Shown here: one piece after another, positions 36,233-46,687 of the stretch
How the letters are laid out: the number at the start of each line of letters is the position of its first letter
How positions within the stretch are numbered: the stretch's first letter is position 1
NCBI GenBank assembly: GCA_964358005.1
Contig: CAYHNH010000003.1
Coordinates: 16,334 to 80,333 of the forward strand
Origin: an uncultured Candidatus Saccharibacteria bacterium
GTDB taxonomy: Bacteria > Patescibacteriota > Minisyncoccia > Phycocordibacterales > PALSA-1337
Reading direction: 5' to 3'
Length of the DNA stretch: 64,000 nucleotides
Translations under genes and position numbers: made by a program
Notes under the pieces: generated by a model
The model's database searches: none
Told to the model about the DNA's origin: nothing
Seen by the model: the letters and a program-made list of their open reading frames with translations, nothing else

Positions 36233-38536
36233 ATGTATCTAAAGTCCCTGGAATTATCGGGTTTCAAATCATTCGCCAAAAAGGCGAACCTTTCGTTTAC
36301 CTCGCCGATCACCGGCATCGTGGGACCAAACGGCTCTGGAAAGTCCAACATAGCCGAGGCCTTCAAGTTCGTCCTCGGCGAGCAGTCGATCAAATCCCTG
36401 CGCGGCAAGCGCGGCGAGGACATGATCTGGAACGGCGGCGGAGGCGACAGTGGACTGGCTAGTGGGAGCGGCGGTAGTGGTGGCGGCAGTGGCGGCGGAT
36501 CGCGAGCCAACCGCGCCAACATAAGGCTGACATTCGATAATTCACGCAGGATATTCCCGACCATAGATTTCGATGAAGTTACTCTCGAGCGCGTGGTGAA
36601 CCGCGATAACTCCAACGAATATCTCCTGAATGGCACGCAAGTTCGCCTGAAAGACATCATCGAGCTTTTGGCTGGTGCGCATATCGGTGCGACGGGCCAC
36701 CACATCATTTCCCAGGGCGAGGCTGACCGCATACTTACAGCCTCCATACGCGAGCGTCGCGAGATGATCGAGGATGCGCTCGGTCTCAAGATCTACCAGT
36801 GGAAGAAGCTCGAGAGCACCCGCAAACTGGAGCGGACCGAAGAGAATATGAAACAGGTTGAGTCGCTCCGCCGCGAGATCGCGCCTCACATAAAGTTTCT
36901 GAAGAAGCAGGTTGAAAAGATAGAGAAGTCGCGCGAGATGCGAGTAGAGCTGGTAAATCTGTATAAGGAGTATTTCGCCATAGAGGAAGCATATCTCGGA
37001 TCCGAAAAGAAGCGCCTGACAGACGAGCTCTCCGGTCCGAAAAAAGAACTGGGCGAACTCGAACGCGAGCTAGAGCGCGCCAAAGCCGTGCTCACAGCGG
37101 CCAAAGGCAAAGACGAGAAAAGCCATGAGGTCATAGAGATAGAGAGCCGTTTGGCCGCCATACGCGGAGAGAAGGATGACATCATGCGCGAGCTCGGTCG
37201 CATCGAGGGTGAGATCAACGCTGACCGCCGCGCCGTAGAGAAGGAGAAAGACAAGCTCAAGAAGGATGAATTCAAGACGGTCTACCTGAAGGACCTGGAG
37301 GACGTGGTGAAGACCGTTGAATCACTGAAGAGCATCGGCGACATCCTAGAGCTCCTGCGGACGTTCATAAAGAAGCACAGGGTAGCCAGCGATTCTAGCC
37401 TGATCGGTGAAGCCGAGAGGGAGATTGAAGGCCTGCTCAAGGATAAATCAAAGCATGACGACAAGCTCAGGGCATTGACGAGCTCCGAGCACAAGTTGCG
37501 CGCCGACTACGAGGCGCTCAAGAAGAACATAGAGAAGGAAAAGGACACCAACCGGGACGCCGAGAAGGATGTCTTCAGGATCATCGCCCGTCAGAATGAG
37601 ATACGCGGGGTCATCGCCGGGCTGACTTCAGCCATGAGTGTCGTCCAACATGACGAAGACAATTTCAAGAGAGAACTGGGAGAGGCCGGGAGCATAGCCG
37701 GCAGGGAGGCTGTCGAGTACGGCGGAGTTGAGGGGCTGGCGCTCGGAGCGGCTCTCATGAATGAGTCCAGTCGCCTTGCCCAGGAGGATCGCCGCAAGAA
37801 AATAGAGAGGATCAAGATCCGCCTCGAGGATTCCGGCCTTGGCGGCAGTGCCGAGGTGCTCAAGGAGTATAAGGAGACCGAGGAGCGCGATGCATTCTTG
37901 GCACGCGAGCTCGAGGATCTGGCTAAAGCCAAGGGCGAGCTCCACAAGCTCATAGCCGAGCTCGATGTCCGCATAGATGTAGAGTTCAAACAGGGCATCC
38001 TGAAGATCAACAATGAGTTCCACAAGTTCTTTACGCTGATGTTCGGCGGCGGTAAGGCGGAGCTTACGGTGGTCAGGGAGGTCAGACGCAAGAAGAAGTC
38101 AGACACCCTCGATCTGGCCGAAGTGCTTTCTGACTCCGAGATCGAGAATCCGGCAGACAAGGACGACCAGGAGGAAGGTCCGGAGGGTCTGGAGGTGAAC
38201 GTCAGTTTGCCGCGCAAGAAGGTGAAAGGTCTCATGATGCTCTCTGGCGGCGAGCGCGCGCTGACCTCGATCGCATTGCTGTTTGCGATCTCTCAGGTCA
38301 ATCCGCCGCCCTTCATCATTCTGGACGAGACTGACGCCGCGCTTGATGAGGCCAACTCACGCAAATATGGAGATATGATCGAAAGCCTTTCCAGGAATTC
38401 ACAGCTGATACTGATAACTCATAACCGCGAGACGATGTCACGCGCCGGAGTGCTTTACGGTGTAACAATGGGGGGTGATGGTGCGTCAAAGCTATTGTCC
38501 ATCGCATTCGAGGAGGCAGTAAAAGTGGCAAAGTAG
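36233..38536 (+). CDS. smc: SMC-family ATPase, short form (767 aa)
   Basis: GFKSF, GPNGSGKSN, Q-loop IISQG, LSGGE, LDETDAALD and ITH; start ATG 36233. Confidence 0.88.
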   Translation: MYLKSLELSGFKSFAKKANLSFTSPITGIVGPNGSGKSNIAEAFKFVLGEQSIKSLRGKRGEDMIWNGGGGDSGLASGSGGSGGGSGGGSRANRANIRLTFDNSRRIFPTIDFDEVTLERVVNRDNSNEYLLNGTQVRLKDIIELLAGAHIGATGHHIISQGEADRILTASIRERREMIEDALGLKIYQWKKLESTRKLERTEENMKQVESLRREIAPHIKFLKKQVEKIEKSREMRVELVNLYKEYFAIEEAYLGSEKKRLTDELSGPKKELGELERELERAKAVLTAAKGKDEKSHEVIEIESRLAAIRGEKDDIMRELGRIEGEINADRRAVEKEKDKLKKDEFKTVYLKDLEDVVKTVESLKSIGDILELLRTFIKKHRVASDSSLIGEAEREIEGLLKDKSKHDDKLRALTSSEHKLRADYEALKKNIEKEKDTNRDAEKDVFRIIARQNEIRGVIAGLTSAMSVVQHDEDNFKRELGEAGSIAGREAVEYGGVEGLALGAALMNESSRLAQEDRRKKIERIKIRLEDSGLGGSAEVLKEYKETEERDAFLARELEDLAKAKGELHKLIAELDVRIDVEFKQGILKINNEFHKFFTLMFGGGKAELTVVREVRRKKKSDTLDLAEVLSDSEIENPADKDDQEEGPEGLEVNVSLPRKKVKGLMMLSGGERALTSIALLFAISQVNPPPFIILDETDAALDEANSRKYGDMIESLSRNSQLILITHNRETMSRAGVLYGVTMGGDGASKLLSIAFEEAVKVAK

Positions 38537-38619
38537 GGGCATTCCCAAGGGAACCCAAGGGGGATGGTCAGCTCTTGATTTTAGTCAGATTTCATCGTAC
38601 AATGCTCTAGCATAAACAT

Positions 38620-41379
38620 ATGCCTCCCATCCAAAAACTCACAACCAAGGCCCGAGAAGCCCTGAAGCGCGCCCACGAGCTCGCTATAGAGCGCGGCCAG
38701 AATCATGTGAACCCGGTTCACCTGCTTTGTGCGCTCATACTGCAGGAGGAGAGCATGGTGGCCTCCATCCTCGACAAGCTCGAGGTAGATACGCCGATGC
38801 TCACGGACATCGTGCTCGAGCATATCGAGGCTCCTGAGGGCTCGAATGTGCTTTCGCCTTCATATCAGATATATCTCACTCCGGATCTGGCCCAGATCCT
38901 GGATAATTCTCTGCGCGTGGCTGGCCTCATCAAGGATGAGTTCATTTCGACTGAGCATCTATTCCTGTCCATATTCGATATACCGTGCACTGCCCGCGAC
39001 ATCCTCGGCCGCTTCAAGATAGAGCGCGATGCCGTCATGAAGATCGTCGAAGAGCTCAAGTCTAACCCGCCGACCAAGGAGTCAGAGCCCAAGAAATTCA
39101 GAACTCTATATAAATACGCCCGTTCACTCACCAAGCTCGCCCGCGAGAACCGACTCGACCCAGTCATCGGCCGCGACAATGAGATCATGCGCATCATCCA
39201 GATACTCTCGCGTCGCACCAAGAACAACCCGATACTCATCGGCGAGGCCGGCGTCGGAAAGACTGCTATTGTCGAGGGCTTGGCTCTGCGCATGTCGCAG
39301 GGCGACGTCCCAGAATCTCTGAAGGACAAGGAGCTCGTGTCGCTCGACCTAGGTCAGCTCATCGCCGGCACCAAATATCGCGGCGAGTTCGAGGAGAGGC
39401 TGAAGAACATACTAAAGGAAGTGGAGCGCGCCGATGGCAAGATAATACTTTTCATAGATGAGATACATACCATTGTCGGCGCTGGAGCCTCCGAAGGCTC
39501 GATGGACGCATCGAACATGCTGAAACCGGCTCTCGCGCGCGGCGAGCTCCGTGCTATCGGTGCGACCACGATCAAGGAATATCAGAAATATATAGAGAAG
39601 GACCCGGCTCTCACTCGGCGCTTCCAGCCCGTGCATGTGAATGAGCCTTCGATCGAGGATGCAGTAGCCATCCTTCGTGGGCTCAAGGACAAGTATGAGA
39701 TGTATCACGGCGTCAGGATCACTGACGATGCCATCGTGGCCGCGGTTACTCTAGCCAGCCGCTATATCTCCGACCGATTCCTGCCTGACAAGGTGGTAGA
39801 TCTCATAGATGAGGCTTCTTCCTCGTTGCGCATATCGCTCGAGAACATGCCGCCTGAGCTAGAGGAGACACGCCGCAAGATCATGCGCCTAGAGATAGAG
39901 CGCGAGGCGCTAAAGAAAGAGGCTGATCAGCCCGAACGGCAGTCAGGCAAGACCGCCAAGCTACGCATGACCAAGATAGAGCAGGAGATAGCCGATCTCA
40001 AGGAGTCTACCTCGGAGCTCGAGCTCAAGTGGAAGAATGAAAAGGAGACCATCACCGACATGAAGCGCATGAAAAAGGAGCTGGAGGCTCTACGCATCGA
40101 GGCTGATATGGCTGAGGCGCGCGCAGATCTAGCAAAGGCCGCAGAGATGCGCTACGGCCGCATACCGGCTCTCGAGAAGGACCTAGAAGCCAGGAGCAAG
40201 CGTCTCAAAAAGCTTCAGGCCTCTCGCCGCATACTCAAGGAGGAGATCACTGCCGAAGATATCGCTGGCGTTGTTTCGCGCTGGACAGGCATACCTGTCT
40301 CGAGGATGCTCGAGTCCGAGGCCGCGAAGCTCATGCGCATGGAGATGGATCTCAGGAATAGGATAGTGGGCCAGGATGAGGCTGTTACGAAGATAGCCGA
40401 TACGATCCGACGCTCTCGCGCCGGCATCGCCGACCAGAATCGTCCGATCGGCTCATTTATATTCCTCGGTCCGACTGGTGTAGGTAAGACCGAGCTCACC
40501 AAGGCTCTGGCTGAATTCATGTTCAATGACGAGAAAGCTCTCATCCGCGTAGATATGTCGGAGTTCATGGAGAAGCACTCTGTCTCGAAGCTCATCGGCG
40601 CTCCTCCTGGCTACGTAGGTCATGACGAATCTGGCGGGCTTACAGAGACCGTGCGCCATCGCCCGTACTCCGTGATCCTGTTCGATGAGATAGAGAAGGC
40701 CCATCCGGAAGTTTTCAACATACTCCTCCAGGTGCTCGACAATGGTCGCCTGACGGATGCTAAGGGCCGCGTAGTCAATTTCAGGAATACAGTCATCATC
40801 ATGACTTCTAACATCGGCGCTCAGCACATCGAGCGCATGGAGAAGCTCGGCTTCGCCAAGAGCATCGGCACAGATAGCCGGAGTCGCGATATCGAGAATT
40901 ATGCCGAAGCCAAGAACAAGATCAATTCTGCCCTCAAGGATTATTTCCGCCCGGAATTCCTGAACCGCATCGACGATATCATCATATTCGATATCCTTAC
41001 GCCGGCAGCCATCAAGGAGATCGTCACTATCCAGGTCGCCGAGGTGGTGAAGAGGCTCACAGACAAGAATATAGAGCTGGTGATGTCATCGGCCGTCCTC
41101 GACTATCTCGCCAAGGAGGGCTACAACCCGCAGTATGGTGCGCGTCCCCTGCGCCGTTTGATCCAGAATAGGATACTGACTCCTGTGGCCAATCTGCTCA
41201 TCAGCCAGTCAGTGTCGAAGGGAGGCGTGATCATGGTGGGTCTGAAGCCTGCGATGGGAACTGGTAAGGAAGGCCAGATGGAATTCACTTTTGATGTCAA
41301 AAAGAAGCATGTGCCTGCGGGTAGGCAAGGCAAAGGAGAGAGCCCGATAATCATGAGGGAGGCTGTGGCGCAGAAATAA
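38620..41379 (+). CDS. clpB: ATP-dependent chaperone ClpB
   Basis: Two AAA modules ([17 protein letters not shown]), long coiled-coil middle domain, GARPLRR. Confidence 0.93.
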   Translation: MPPIQKLTTKAREALKRAHELAIERGQNHVNPVHLLCALILQEESMVASILDKLEVDTPMLTDIVLEHIEAPEGSNVLSPSYQIYLTPDLAQILDNSLRVAGLIKDEFISTEHLFLSIFDIPCTARDILGRFKIERDAVMKIVEELKSNPPTKESEPKKFRTLYKYARSLTKLARENRLDPVIGRDNEIMRIIQILSRRTKNNPILIGEAGVGKTAIVEGLALRMSQGDVPESLKDKELVSLDLGQLIAGTKYRGEFEERLKNILKEVERADGKIILFIDEIHTIVGAGASEGSMDASNMLKPALARGELRAIGATTIKEYQKYIEKDPALTRRFQPVHVNEPSIEDAVAILRGLKDKYEMYHGVRITDDAIVAAVTLASRYISDRFLPDKVVDLIDEASSSLRISLENMPPELEETRRKIMRLEIEREALKKEADQPERQSGKTAKLRMTKIEQEIADLKESTSELELKWKNEKETITDMKRMKKELEALRIEADMAEARADLAKAAEMRYGRIPALEKDLEARSKRLKKLQASRRILKEEITAEDIAGVVSRWTGIPVSRMLESEAAKLMRMEMDLRNRIVGQDEAVTKIADTIRRSRAGIADQNRPIGSFIFLGPTGVGKTELTKALAEFMFNDEKALIRVDMSEFMEKHSVSKLIGAPPGYVGHDESGGLTETVRHRPYSVILFDEIEKAHPEVFNILLQVLDNGRLTDAKGRVVNFRNTVIIMTSNIGAQHIERMEKLGFAKSIGTDSRSRDIENYAEAKNKINSALKDYFRPEFLNRIDDIIIFDILTPAAIKEIVTIQVAEVVKRLTDKNIELVMSSAVLDYLAKEGYNPQYGARPLRRLIQNRILTPVANLLISQSVSKGGVIMVGLKPAMGTGKEGQMEFTFDVKKKHVPAGRQGKGESPIIMREAVAQK

Positions 41380-41758
41380 TCACTCATAGCGGTATTTTTT
41401 GATTGTCGGCAAGTGGGGGGGCGTCAGCCTTCCTTCAGCTCAACTTTTTTCATTTACAATAATAGACAGACGTGGTGCTATCAGAGGATATTACACCGTC
41501 ACGAATATTTACTAACGCAGCATCCTTGCTTGTTTGGCTGATAATTTCAAAAAGTGTTTTACTGCATAACAGTTACTCCTTCTTGTAAATAAAATTTTCT
41601 GTCTGGAACAAGAAGGTAGTCCGCCAGGCAAGCGCGATAATCATTTGGCACCGTATATCCTCTTTTAGGCGGATGGCGCTCATCGGCTCCGAGATCTCAA
41701 AAGCGACTGGAAAAGGCTGAATCATATGGTACACTCTTAAGCGTTCGCATTTTGAATC

Positions 41759-41842
41759 GCGCCGGTGGTGGAGTGGTCAATCACATCACGCTGTAAACGT
41801 GACGACCTTTGGTCTTCGGGGGTTCGAATCCCTCCCGGCGCA
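41759..41842 (+). tRNA. tRNA-Tyr(GTA)
   Basis: GCGCCGG acceptor, TCACG-CTGTAAA-CGTGA, variable arm, GGTTCGAATCC. Confidence 0.92.
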
Positions 41843-41889
41843 CAGTAGTATCAGTGGTATGTGGACACAGATTTTATCTAGGAGTCTGA

Positions 41890-43083
41890 TTATTTGACGA
41901 TGACCCTCTTTAGTTGCTGAGGGATTTTCACTGCTATCTCATAAGCAATAGTCCCACAATTCTTGGCATGGGCTAATATGGAGTTAGGGTCATCCTTGCT
42001 ATCGCTCACCACAGTCACTGACATGCCGAGCTTCAGGCCGCAGACTCCTGGGACAGTGGAGGCATCTATAGTTGTTATGTTCATGCTGACCCGGCCGATG
42101 ATGGGGCAGATCACTTCGCTCCCGCCGCTCGCATCAAGCTTTGCATGATTTTGGATAATCACTTGAACGGCCCCTTTATTCGAGAGCCTGCGGTCGAGGC
42201 CCTCATAGTATCCGACGGGTATAGTAGCTATGCACATCTCGCGATCAGCCTTGAATGTATTGCCGTAACCGACAGTCTCGCCTGGTAGGAGAGTCTTCAA
42301 GCCTGTGATGATAGTCGTCATTTTGAGGACCGGTCGAAGGTCAAGCTTTTTATTCAGCACCGGATTTTCTGAGAGGCCGTAGAGGCCGATGCCGAGCCTG
42401 ATCACGTTGCCGCGTATGTCATCGCTAAACCTAGAGCCATCGGTCGCGGCCGCGTGGATGTACCATATGTTCGGAAAGGCAGTCTTGAATTCAGCTACCA
42501 CATCATTCCAATGCACGACCTGGGCTTCGGTGAACGACTCGTCGGCATTGTCGGCGTCGCTAAAATGAGTGCATATGCCCTCGAGTCTGATGCAGGGATT
42601 CTTCTCGAGCAGCTCTATCGCGTATCGGACCTCATCCATGAGGATGCCCTGGCGATGCATTCCAGTGTCTATCTTTATGTGCACATGCACGACCGATGCG
42701 ATATTCTTTATGGCCCTCAAGGTGTCAATGTTCGTTATGGTAAAGGAGGTGCGCTTGATGCTCGATTCCATGATCGTGCGCGGTCTGGTATAGCCGATGA
42801 TGAGCAGAGGGGTCTTGATGCCTCGGGCTCGCAGAGCCACAGCCTCGAAGTACGAATCGACGGCGATAAATGGGATTCGCTTGTCATGCCTTAGGATGTC
42901 GGCCACCTCGAATAGCCCGTGGCCGTAAGCGTTGCTCTTCAGCACTGGAGCGACGTAGCCATGGGGGATGAGTTTGCGGAATTCCTGTAGATTATGGAGC
43001 AGGCGCTCCCTGGAAATGGAAACAGCGATGAGGGGCTCATAGGGGAAGCGCTTCCTGGAGAGCCAGTTGAGGAGTCGTCTCAT
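41890..43083 (-). CDS. alr: Alanine racemase
   Basis: VLKSNAYGHG, KIDTGMHRQG, GETVGYG and GRVSMN. Confidence 0.93.
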   Translation of the reverse strand: MRRLLNWLSRKRFPYEPLIAVSISRERLLHNLQEFRKLIPHGYVAPVLKSNAYGHGLFEVADILRHDKRIPFIAVDSYFEAVALRARGIKTPLLIIGYTRPRTIMESSIKRTSFTITNIDTLRAIKNIASVVHVHIKIDTGMHRQGILMDEVRYAIELLEKNPCIRLEGICTHFSDADNADESFTEAQVVHWNDVVAEFKTAFPNIWYIHAAATDGSRFSDDIRGNVIRLGIGLYGLSENPVLNKKLDLRPVLKMTTIITGLKTLLPGETVGYGNTFKADREMCIATIPVGYYEGLDRRLSNKGAVQVIIQNHAKLDASGGSEVICPIIGRVSMNITTIDASTVPGVCGLKLGMSVTVVSDSKDDPNSILAHAKNCGTIAYEIAVKIPQQLKRVIVK

Positions 43084-43140
43084 ATTTGCATTATGTCCCG
43101 AAATCCGCTATATTACAACCTCGATAAATAAGATAAAAAC

Positions 43141-43296
43141 ATGTCCCAGGACCAGCTAATACAGATCAGAAACAAGGAGACCGGCGAGGTCTATTTTACG
43201 CGCAAGAACAAGAAGAAAGTCGAGCGCAAGATCGAGCTCAAGAAATACAGTGCCAAGCTCCGTAAGCATATTACTTTCAAGGAAGCGAAGAAATAA
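43141..43296 (+). CDS. rpmG: 50S ribosomal protein L33 (Cys-free; absent from ORF track)
   Basis: Translated by hand: MSQDQLIQIRNKETGEVYFTRKNKKKVERKIELKKYSAKLRKHITFKEAKK. Confidence 0.92.
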   Translation: MSQDQLIQIRNKETGEVYFTRKNKKKVERKIELKKYSAKLRKHITFKEAKK

Positions 43297-43319
43297 ACAA
43301 TAGGTACAAGGGAATATCC

Positions 43320-43432
43320 GTGTTTCTGAGAGAACTTACTCTTCGGGACACGGATATTTTCCTGCTGGAAAATTCCTCGTGCTCGCCTACCCGGCTCGCA
43401 AGGTCCCTCAGAATAAGTTCTCTCACAAACAC
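43320..43432. repeat. Dispersed structured repeat (copy C): 63-bp core with 23-bp inverted arms
   Basis: Arms 43320-43342 and 43410-43432 are complementary at 21/23 positions; core 43345-43407 is homologous to 22520-22584. Confidence 0.8.
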
Positions 43433-43461
43433 TTCTTTGCTATACTCACAAAGTTCCTTAA

Positions 43462-43532
43462 GGGCGATTAGTTTAATGGTAGAACAGTTCTCTCCAAAAG
43501 AACTGGTGGGGGTTCGATTCCTCCATCGCCCG
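43462..43532 (+). tRNA. tRNA-Trp(CCA)
   Basis: GGGCGATTAGTTTAATGGTAGAAC...GTTCT-CTCCAAA-AGAAC...GGTTCGATTCC. Confidence 0.92.
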
Positions 43533-43574
43533 CAGATTTTGGCCTAAATATGTTATCCCCAGGGATCTCTTGCC

Positions 43575-43594
43575 AGGTGAACGATAGTTCACCT
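43575..43594. promoter_or_regulatory. Putative LexA (SOS) box between -35 TTGCCA and -10 TATACT
   Basis: Perfect palindrome AGGTGAAC-GATA-GTTCACCT containing GAAC-N4-GTTC, upstream of the lexA operon. Confidence 0.8.
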
Positions 43595-43630
43595 ATACTA
43601 TATCCATTAGAGGTTAACTATCAAATACCC

Positions 43631-43837
43631 ATGAGCAAGCATCAATTAGTCAGGTCCCTTCGTTCGGAGATCAAGAAGCTTAATAGGATCATAGACCGCA
43701 AGATCATGCTCGGTCTGCCATATAGCGATGACAGTCGCCGCCACAAATTCCTGGTGTTACAGCTCAAACGTCTGACACCAGCGAGGATTGGCTGGTTCAG
43801 CAGATCCATGAGCTTCGTTTCGATATTCATGCTCTAA
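43631..43837 (+). CDS. Small basic hypothetical protein upstream of lexA
   Basis: ATG 43631 follows the promoter; 68 aa; stop 7 nt before lexA. Confidence 0.65.
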   Translation: MSKHQLVRSLRSEIKKLNRIIDRKIMLGLPYSDDSRRHKFLVLQLKRLTPARIGWFSRSMSFVSIFML

Positions 43838-43844
43838 TAGACCC

Positions 43845-44408
43845 ATGGATTCATACAAGGATAAGATCTTGGGCTTCTACTCATCACGCAAGCGCATGCC
43901 GAGCTATGCGGAGATTATGAAGCTAGTGGGCTTCAAGTCAAAGAATGCCGTCTACAAGCTCATAGAGAATCTGGTGGAGCAGGGCGTAGTGATCAAGGAT
44001 GCCACTGGCCGTCTCATACCGACCAAGCTTATGGATGAAGTCCCTCTCCTCGGCCTCGTGGAAGCAGGATTTCCTTCGGAAGCAGATGCACAGACGCTCG
44101 ATACCATAGACGTCAATGAATATCTCTTCGAACACAAGGAGTCATCGTATCTATTGCGCGTGAAAGGCGACTCCATGATCGAGGCTGGCATACATGAGGG
44201 CGATATGGTCATAGCGGAACGCGGCCGCGCTGCCAAGCCGGGTGACATAGTCATAGCGTGCGTGGATGGGGCCTGGACCATGAAATATCTGCGCACAAAA
44301 GCCGGCAAGAATTACCTCGAGCCAGCCAATAAGAGGTATAAGCCTATCTATCCCGAGACGGCATTGGAAATAGCGGCTGTGGTGAAGGGTGTGGTGAGGA
44401 AGTATTGA
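43845..44408 (+). CDS. lexA: LexA-family repressor (wHTH + S24 peptidase)
   Basis: PSYAEI...GFKS; cleavage site EAG; catalytic GDSM and TMK. Confidence 0.85.
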   Translation: MDSYKDKILGFYSSRKRMPSYAEIMKLVGFKSKNAVYKLIENLVEQGVVIKDATGRLIPTKLMDEVPLLGLVEAGFPSEADAQTLDTIDVNEYLFEHKESSYLLRVKGDSMIEAGIHEGDMVIAERGRAAKPGDIVIACVDGAWTMKYLRTKAGKNYLEPANKRYKPIYPETALEIAAVVKGVVRKY

Positions 44409-44501
44409 GCGCCTTGCCTTTTGTCGTGGTAATAGTAATATGCGGCCAGATAATTGAAATAGTCACAGCATCAACAACCCCGCTAGGGAGGAGTTCATCT
44501 C

Positions 44502-45791
44502 ATGATCTACATAGGTACCCCCGTAGCCATGAAGGAGCTCCTTCATGGCACCAGTTGCTATATAACCGAGGTGACGATCACCTCTCGCGATTCGAACAAG
44601 TTCAGTGGCCGCCTCACGCTAGAGGACAGCTCTACTGCCAGCGACGAGAGCCATATCTGGATGGCGACCTACGCTCAAGGGACTGGTTGGATGGTTACAG
44701 GGGACGGCGTCAAGCTGTCCAATGGCGAACGAATCAGATCTACAAAAACCTACCCGTTCTCCCTCAAGTCTGCTATCAATGATGGCGTGAGGGGATTCCT
44801 CTCCGAGTGGTTGGCCAAGAACAGGAGCATTATCCACGAGCGCAAAGGGCCGGAAGCGGCAGAAACGCCTGCTCCGCCCCCGCCTCCTCCAGCTCCATCA
44901 AGCAACGGCTCGTCGCCCAAGGGCATCGAGATCGTCGAGGTCCTGCTCGCTGAGGTCATCCCGTTCGAGGGCCAACCTCGGTTAGAGTGGTCGGAATCCG
45001 ATCATCTCGACATGGTCAATGGCTTGAAGCAGGACGGCCAGAAGCAGCTCATAATCGTCACTCCCATCACCGGTATTCCAGGCAAGCGCTGGAAGCTCGT
45101 GGATGGAGAGCGGCGTTTCCGCGGCGGCCTCGCTGCAGGAAAGCAGAAGATGTTCGCCATTGTCCGGCGCTACGCTTCTGAAAAGGAGATGTTCTGGGAC
45201 TCTCTGACGATGAACATGCATCGCCGCGGGCACACTCCTTACGAATGTGTGCGCGATATCGGCAGGGCCATGCGCGACGGCAAGACGGTGCAGGAGATCT
45301 GCATCGGCACCGGGCTCTCCGACTGTGCGGTCTACCAATTCCTCCAGATGCAAAGGCTCGAGCCGTCGCTCTTGGAGCTACTGCGTCTGTCTGTCCCGAA
45401 GAAGGACCGACTGAGCGTGGAGTCTGCCAAGAAGCTCTCCCGTGTGCCTGACCAGAAGGAGCAGCTGCGCATCTGGGGCATCGCCAAGAAGGAGAGCACC
45501 CCGAGCCTTCGGAAGCTCAAGGTGGATGAGCTGACTGCGCCGATACTGCATAGCCTCCCGGTAAAAGGTCGCGTCCGCAAGCCTAGCGATAATGCGGTTC
45601 GGCTGTTGAGGGTCCTACAGAACCTCGAGGCTGGCGTCGCGTTCATCGAGAGGGCTACGGATGCCGATCTCAGGGCCTTTGCGACCTGCGCAAGGTCGAC
45701 GACGGTCAATACCAGCGACCTCCTGAAGCGGTTGAATGTTGCAACGAGAGGCTGGAACTCATTCAGGGACAAGGTGGTCAAGGTGGCTTGA
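44502..45791 (+). CDS. ParB/Srx-domain protein with N-terminal extension
   Basis: GQPR, G..Q.I, LVDGERRFRG, N.HR and HTH-like region; GGAGGAG SD. Confidence 0.75.
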   Translation: MIYIGTPVAMKELLHGTSCYITEVTITSRDSNKFSGRLTLEDSSTASDESHIWMATYAQGTGWMVTGDGVKLSNGERIRSTKTYPFSLKSAINDGVRGFLSEWLAKNRSIIHERKGPEAAETPAPPPPPPAPSSNGSSPKGIEIVEVLLAEVIPFEGQPRLEWSESDHLDMVNGLKQDGQKQLIIVTPITGIPGKRWKLVDGERRFRGGLAAGKQKMFAIVRRYASEKEMFWDSLTMNMHRRGHTPYECVRDIGRAMRDGKTVQEICIGTGLSDCAVYQFLQMQRLEPSLLELLRLSVPKKDRLSVESAKKLSRVPDQKEQLRIWGIAKKESTPSLRKLKVDELTAPILHSLPVKGRVRKPSDNAVRLLRVLQNLEAGVAFIERATDADLRAFATCARSTTVNTSDLLKRLNVATRGWNSFRDKVVKVA

Positions 45792-45811
45792 AGACCTCCA
45801 TGATCGCCACG

Positions 45812-45838
45812 GGGCGGAAGCAATTCCGCCCTTTTTTG
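45812..45838 (+). terminator. Intrinsic terminator
   Basis: GGGCGGAA-GCAA-TTCCGCCC-TTTTTT. Confidence 0.85.
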
Positions 45839-45934
45839 ATTCATGTCTGGGAATAGCAAATATCAATACAACAAAAATCGCAGGTGAGGGCCTGCGATCG
45901 ACGGATGGAGCACCGGTCGGTGCTGTAAGGGGAG

Positions 45935-46204
45935 TCATGATTCCGTGCCCCGTGGATTTAGGAGCAGTTCGACCTCGTAGGCACGGGCCGGTTCGAACCG
46001 GACGCTCCCCGGCTGTAGTGTTTCGATGCTGTCGCGATGAATGAGGAGATCGAGCACTTGGGCATCAGTCATCGCCTCTCCGTTGGCCCGGTTTACGAAA
46101 CCATCGGCGCCGAAGGACAATTCCATTCTCGGCAGAAACTCGAGGATATATCCCCGGCCTGCGACAGTGAAGATACGCTCTGGGACATTCGTTGGATTAG
46201 CCAT
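45935..46204 (-). CDS. Small hypothetical protein (89 aa)
   Basis: ATG 46204; upstream TTGACG-17-TAGCAT; downstream terminator ATCGCAGG...CCTGCGAT-TTTT near 45872-45898. Confidence 0.55.
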   Translation of the reverse strand: MANPTNVPERIFTVAGRGYILEFLPRMELSFGADGFVNRANGEAMTDAQVLDLLIHRDSIETLQPGSVRFEPARAYEVELLLNPRGTES

Positions 46205-46270
46205 AAATTGATCTGTACACAATGCTACATATTGCCAATCGTCTCGTCAATGCGTAGGAATTTTCAATAT

Positions 46271-46310
46271 AAATAAAAGAGCGCGTAACCAACCCATGTC
46301 GGTTACGCGC
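46271..46310 (-). terminator. Intrinsic terminator of the candidate ncRNA
   Basis: GCGCGTAACC...GGTTACGCGC 10-bp stem followed by TCTTTTATTT on the minus strand. Confidence 0.8.
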
Positions 46311-46687
46311 CCACAACTCAACCCCTTAGAGGCAGAGACCGGACCCCCGAAGGGCGACCGGGCTTTCGTGATGGTGACCACCAACGTCGACGCCTTGCGT
46401 CGCGGTCGGTGGATAGCATCCTTATTACTCCAGTGCGACTGATGACTAACCGTCAAACCGTCTGACGGCTCGCGCTTCATGTGGAGCACCGACTGTCCTT
46501 CCCGTGGTCACGGGATCCAGTACCGAGAAGCATCGGTACCCTTATCGGAAACGCGGTTCCAGCGGGGCCAATCGAGTGGTCCCAACGCGCGTTCCATGCT
46601 GGCCTCGATCTGGCAGAATGCCGTGAATACAAGGCCAATATGGAACGCGCGATACACGTGGAGTGACTCAATGAACGTTATGTGGGT
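46271..46687 (-). ncRNA. Candidate large structured non-coding RNA (~400 nt), family not recognised
   Basis: Consensus promoter and terminator bound a GC-rich, hairpin-dense region with no credible ORF; cUUCGg loop and G-U pairs on the minus strand. Confidence 0.65.

Noticed and set aside
46271-46687. Identification of the structured region as RNase P RNA, tmRNA, SRP RNA, group I/II intron or retron msr-msd
   Set aside because: Diagnostic motifs were not found by eye and there is no reverse transcriptase in the window; left unassigned pending an Rfam search
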